The position numbers and the translations under genes are program-made. The notes beneath the pieces were generated by a model. The model was not told where the DNA came from, made no database searches, and saw only the letters and a program-made list of their open reading frames with translations. DNA of 36,235 nt from an uncultured virus (IMG/VR IMGVR_UViG_3300033405_000010) (lineage: Duplodnaviria; Heunggongvirae; Uroviricota; Caudoviricetes), in IMG/VR virus record IMGVR_UViG_3300033405_000010. One strand, 5' to 3'. Numbering within the stretch: position 1 is the first letter of the stretch; each line of letters begins with the position of its first letter. Below, in pieces: positions 32,994 to 36,235 of the stretch.

Positions 32994-34471
32994 GCCCTCA
33001 CCACGTTGTAGCCGTAGGCGAGCATCGCCGGTGGGCTCACGTTAGACGGCGAGCCGGAGGTCGAGTGGCAAGTCCCCGAGCCGCCCTTACCGGTCTGGCA
33101 GGAGCAGCCCGCTGGGCACCCGGCGTCCTTCCCGCAGCCGTACTGGGTGCACGAGTCGGGGAGCGTGCAGCCGCCGGCGACCGAGACCGTCACCTGGTTC
33201 GAGGTCGTGCCTGAGGTGTTGTCCTTGACGTAGAAGGTGAGGTTCTCGGCGGTGTACTGCTGGTCCACGCACGCCTTGAAGCTCGCCACGCCGCTGGAGT
33301 TCGCGTTCGTGCTGCCCCAGTACGTGCCGCCCGTGTCGTAGACCTCGATGTTGTCGCCCGAGTCGGCGCCGGTGACGCTCACGGTGAAGCAGCCCGAACA
33401 GCTTGAGCCCGAAGGGGTCAACGACGAGGGCGAGACCGTGATGGTCGGAGTCGCCGCCGTGACAACCTTCGTGCAGCAGCAGTTGGTGCAGGTGTAGCCG
33501 GTCGTGCAGTCGTCCACGGTGCGGCAGTACGCCTCGGGCTCGGTGTTGGGGCATCCCGACGGGATGGCGGATTCGCAGCAGTTCATGCCGGGAATCTGCT
33601 TCGTGCAGTTCGGGCACTTCCCGCTGACGAAGCCCGTGTTCGGCGACAGGCACTGGGCCGTGCAGCAGTCCGGGTATTGGCCGTCCGGGTACCGCGTCGT
33701 GCCCGAAGGACAGGAGCTTCCGGCCGCGGCGTAGACATCGTCGGTGCTTCCACAACACGCACCTCCGCTGATGCAGGTACCCGACGTGCACGTCCCCTTC
33801 GTGCAGGACGGCGAGCAAGCGCCGCAGCTTGGCGCGGTCGACATGCAGCAGGTCAGGTTGTTCGGGTCCCGATAGGGGTAGCCCGGCGGGCAGGTGTCCG
33901 CGTAGACGTTAATCATCTCCTCGCCCGGTGGGCAGTTGACCTTGGTCACGCACATTCCGGGCGACTGACAGACCTGACCCGAGGGGCAGGGCCCGTCGTA
34001 GCAGTTCGGACCCCCGCACGCCGTGCAGCCGCATTTCCCGTTGATGCAGGTCTGCCCAGCGAGGGAGCAGGTTCCGTTAGGGCAGGAGGACGAGCAGGCA
34101 CCGCACGCACCGCCGGAGCAGACGCCGTTTTGGCAGGTGCCCGAGGTACAGGTGCCGTTGGGGCATGTAGAAGAGCAGGGCGACGTGGACGTGCATCCCG
34201 TGGATGGCATACAGCAGCCGGTGCTGCTCGGGTCGGCCACGTAGCCCGACGGGCAGATGCCGCTCGTCGTCATCGGCATGTCCGGCGATTCGCACGCCGT
34301 GCCTCCGGGCTTCGACGTCAGGTACCACACGAGGACGCCGATGCCGATTCCGGCGGCCGTGACGCCGCCGATGATGGCGACGTTCCCAGCAGCCGAGGGG
34401 TTCTTCTTCTGGGGCCGCGGCCGGAGTACCGGTCTAACGAGGAGTTTCGGGGACTTTCTCGGAGGGACCAT
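32990..34471 (-). CDS. membrane-anchored, extremely Cys-rich protein with Ig-like domain
   Basis: PKLLVRPVLRPRPQKKNP, TM, many CP.G.C and CC repeats, beta domain ending SNQVTVSV. Confidence 0.85.
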   Translation of the reverse strand: MVPPRKSPKLLVRPVLRPRPQKKNPSAAGNVAIIGGVTAAGIGIGVLVWYLTSKPGGTACESPDMPMTTSGICPSGYVADPSSTGCCMPSTGCTSTSPCSSTCPNGTCTSGTCQNGVCSGGACGACSSSCPNGTCSLAGQTCINGKCGCTACGGPNCYDGPCPSGQVCQSPGMCVTKVNCPPGEEMINVYADTCPPGYPYRDPNNLTCCMSTAPSCGACSPSCTKGTCTSGTCISGGACCGSTDDVYAAAGSSCPSGTTRYPDGQYPDCCTAQCLSPNTGFVSGKCPNCTKQIPGMNCCESAIPSGCPNTEPEAYCRTVDDCTTGYTCTNCCCTKVVTAATPTITVSPSSLTPSGSSCSGCFTVSVTGADSGDNIEVYDTGGTYWGSTNANSSGVASFKACVDQQYTAENLTFYVKDNTSGTTSNQVTVSVAGGCTLPDSCTQYGCGKDAGCPAGCSCQTGKGGSGTCHSTSGSPSNVSPPAMLAYGYNVVRA

Positions 34472-34487
34472 CTGCTATCCCTCCCAT

Positions 34488-34784
34488 CTACTCGCGGTGC
34501 AGGTGCGCCCCGATGCACACTGGACTGTTGATTCCGTGACGGTGGGCCGCGTGACAGATGCGGTATAGCCCTCCGGGGCACTTCAGCGTCCGCTTCTGGC
34601 GGTAGCGGGCGAGCGCGTTCCGAACGTGCGCGGCATCGTTGATGGGGTACTTGCGCTGGAGCGGGCACGCGAACGAACTCGTCCGCAGCCTCTGACGCTT
34701 CGCGTAGGAGAGGCGCGGGTTCTCTTCGATGACCTCGGCGAGGTAGGACGTTCCGTCTTTGCGGCGCACTCGTACTAGCTGCAT
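34488..34784 (-). CDS. LVRVRRKDG-leader protein with DUF6582-like domain
   Basis: MQLVRVRRKDGTSYLAEVIEENP, then RQRL..SSFA.P..RKYPINDAAHVRNALAR. Confidence 0.8.
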   Translation of the reverse strand: MQLVRVRRKDGTSYLAEVIEENPRLSYAKRQRLRTSSFACPLQRKYPINDAAHVRNALARYRQKRTLKCPGGLYRICHAAHRHGINSPVCIGAHLHRE

Positions 34785-34785
34785 T

Positions 34786-34986
34786 TCATGCCCCCTTGCC
34801 CAGCAGGTATCCGAAGAGCAATCCGACTGCTCCGACCGCGCCGACCTGCCACAGCGCGTACTCTCTCCGCGTGACGGCCCCGAACGCGGCGTGCTCCAGC
34901 CGCTGGACACGGTATCCCGGATTGCTGCTCACGACCTGCGCGAGGTAGCTCGTTCCATCCTTTCGGCGTACGCGGACTAGCTGCAT
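34786..34986 (-). CDS. LVRVRRKDG-leader protein with C-terminal TM
   Basis: MQLVRVRRKDGTSYLAQVVSSNP...ALWQVGAVGAVGLLFGYLLGK. Confidence 0.8.
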   Translation of the reverse strand: MQLVRVRRKDGTSYLAQVVSSNPGYRVQRLEHAAFGAVTRREYALWQVGAVGAVGLLFGYLLGKGA

Positions 34987-35243
34987 CGGAACATCCCCTT
35001 GTGCATGGCCCTCAGACTGCGAATGTCACCCCTCAGGGCCTTGAGTTCAGGGCCGGCGCGGCGAATTGCGCCCGCGCTCAGCATGACGGCAATCCGATTC
35101 CAACGGTGCTCCATCGTCCTGACCAAGCGCATCTCCGCGCACTCGTGGCGTCGCATCGCGGAGGGCTTGATGTAGGGATTGTCCGCGACCATTTCCGCCA
35201 TGTAGGAGGAGCCGTCCTTCCTGCGGACTCGGACGACCTTCAT
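34977..35243 (-). CDS. LVRVRRKDG-leader protein, basic helical
   Basis: MKVVRVRRKDGSSYMAEMVADNP; ATG 9 nt after motif copy 5. Confidence 0.8.
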   Translation of the reverse strand: MKVVRVRRKDGSSYMAEMVADNPYIKPSAMRRHECAEMRLVRTMEHRWNRIAVMLSAGAIRRAGPELKALRGDIRSLRAMHKGMFRCS

Positions 35244-35252
35244 CGCTTTCCC

Positions 35253-35278
35253 CACCCGGCTCTCGGCTTATGAGACCT
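35253..35278 (-). promoter_or_regulatory. conserved 26-bp putative late promoter, copy 5
   Basis: AGGTCTCATAAG-CCGAGA-GCCGGGTG, followed by 9 nt and the ATG at 35243. Confidence 0.72.
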
Positions 35279-35772
35279 CACACGACCCCGGAGCGCGAGT
35301 ATCCGTTGCCCATGTTGGGGTTGGTGATTTGCGCGTGGGGGCCGAACTCCAGGGCCGGCGAGGCAAGTTGTCCGTAGCCCAATTCGGCGAGCGAGACCAC
35401 GCCGTTCGCCAAGATTCCGGCACCGACCCCGGCGAGGACCGGCATGACGTATCGCTGCTTGGCGCGGAAGTAGTACGCAACTCCGAGGATGGTCCCGCCG
35501 ATTGCGATGGTGATGGCGTCGCTGACGACCGCCGGTAGCCACACGGGTGGCAGGCCACTGCCCGAGGCGCCGGTCGACCCGACGATGAGATTGCCGAGGT
35601 CGCCAATCGGGACGAACCCCCATGCGAAGTAGCCGACCGCGGCTCCCACCGCTCCGAGGAGGATGGGGAACCACTTCGAGTCGACGAACCCGGGGTTCTC
35701 CTCGATGTCGTCGAACGTGTCGAGGTCGTCCGTGTCAAAGCGGCTTCTCAGTTCTGCAAGTACGTCGCTCAT
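35278..35772 (-). CDS. three-TM membrane protein with acidic N-terminus ending EENP
   Basis: Three hydrophobic Gly/Ala-rich helices; ATGA overlap. Confidence 0.78.
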   Translation of the reverse strand: MSDVLAELRSRFDTDDLDTFDDIEENPGFVDSKWFPILLGAVGAAVGYFAWGFVPIGDLGNLIVGSTGASGSGLPPVWLPAVVSDAITIAIGGTILGVAYYFRAKQRYVMPVLAGVGAGILANGVVSLAELGYGQLASPALEFGPHAQITNPNMGNGYSRSGVV

Positions 35773-36044
35773 CCGTGCACCAACGCCGATTTCGGCGCGA
35801 AGAGGCCGCCGAGCCCCTTCTTCCAGGGGCCGAAAGAAACCCGAACGATGGTCCCGCCCTTGAGGGCGTGGAGAACGCTCCGCGTGACGTCGACCTGGTA
35901 CTTCTTGCCGCCCGGGGCGAACCCGGTACCGCGCATCATGTCGATGACAATCCGTCTGTGCTGCGGTCCCGTCATCGGGTTCGCTTCGACTAGTTCGGCG
36001 AGGTAGCTCGACCCGTCTCTCCGTCGGATTCTCACGAGCTTCAC
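35769..36044 (-). CDS. LVRVRRKDG-leader protein
   Basis: GTG start overlaps the upstream TGA: (M)KLVRIRRRDGSSYLAELVEANP. Confidence 0.78.
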   Translation of the reverse strand: MKLVRIRRRDGSSYLAELVEANPMTGPQHRRIVIDMMRGTGFAPGGKKYQVDVTRSVLHALKGGTIVRVSFGPWKKGLGGLFAPKSALVHG

Positions 36045-36223
36045 TTGGGCCTCCACTTGTGCTTCGCCTTCCAGTGCTCGAACAGTTCCTGGTCCGTCCC
36101 GAACGACGAGGCGCATCCGGCCTTGCCGCAGGTGATGGTCCGCTTCGTGTTCTGGACCTGGACGATGGGCACGTCGTTGAACGGGTTCGGCATCAGTACC
36201 ACAGCTCCAGGGTGACGTTGCAC
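36041..36223 (-). CDS. C2H2-like zinc finger protein (start uncertain, possibly partial)
   Basis: CGKAGC...LFEHWKAKH, the same pattern as 32245-32601. Confidence 0.65.
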   Translation of the reverse strand: MQRHPGAVVLMPNPFNDVPIVQVQNTKRTITCGKAGCASSFGTDQELFEHWKAKHKWRPK

Positions 36224-36235
36224 GTCAGGTCGCCG

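Noticed and set aside
1..36235. CRISPR array, integrase/transposase, Borg-type perfect tandem repeats
   Set aside because: No regularly spaced direct repeats or recombinase motifs were seen; the repeats present are degenerate and protein-level.

Overview
GC-rich, densely packed segment of what is most likely a large virus (or virus-like element) of an archaeon. Archaeal host evidence seen in the sequence: a TFIIB/TFB homolog, TATA-type promoters, tRNA-Tyr with a C1:G72 pair and short variable loop, tRNA-Arg(GCG), and a tRNA-Pro(UGG) with a canonical bulge-helix-bulge intron. Contents: small phage-type ORFs (1-3145); two paralogous beta-helix spike-like genes (3201-6283); 15 tRNAs plus several structured or tRNA-like RNAs; an amidohydrolase; a TFB-glycosyltransferase-methyltransferase operon; a CX5R phosphatase; a MoxR AAA+/HExxH/vWA module; and a long minus-strand, structural-looking region of membrane-anchored Cys-rich proteins. 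The most striking unexplained system has three parts: (i) nine otherwise unrelated proteins share an N-terminal leader, M(K/Q/T)LVR(V/I)RR(K/R)DG(S/T)xYLAxV..NP, conserved at protein level and a candidate virion-targeting and processing signal; (ii) a second set of membrane proteins has basic N-termini also ending in NP; (iii) a 26-bp bipartite motif, AGG(G/T)CTCA(AATA/TAAG)-N6-GCCGGGT(G/T), lies a fixed 9 nt before the ATG in four of its five clear copies, a candidate late promoter for the viral TFB. Five of the 15 tRNAs have C instead of the near-invariant U33. No capsid, terminase, polymerase or integrase gene is recognisable in this window. All family assignments come from reading motifs by eye, not from database searches.
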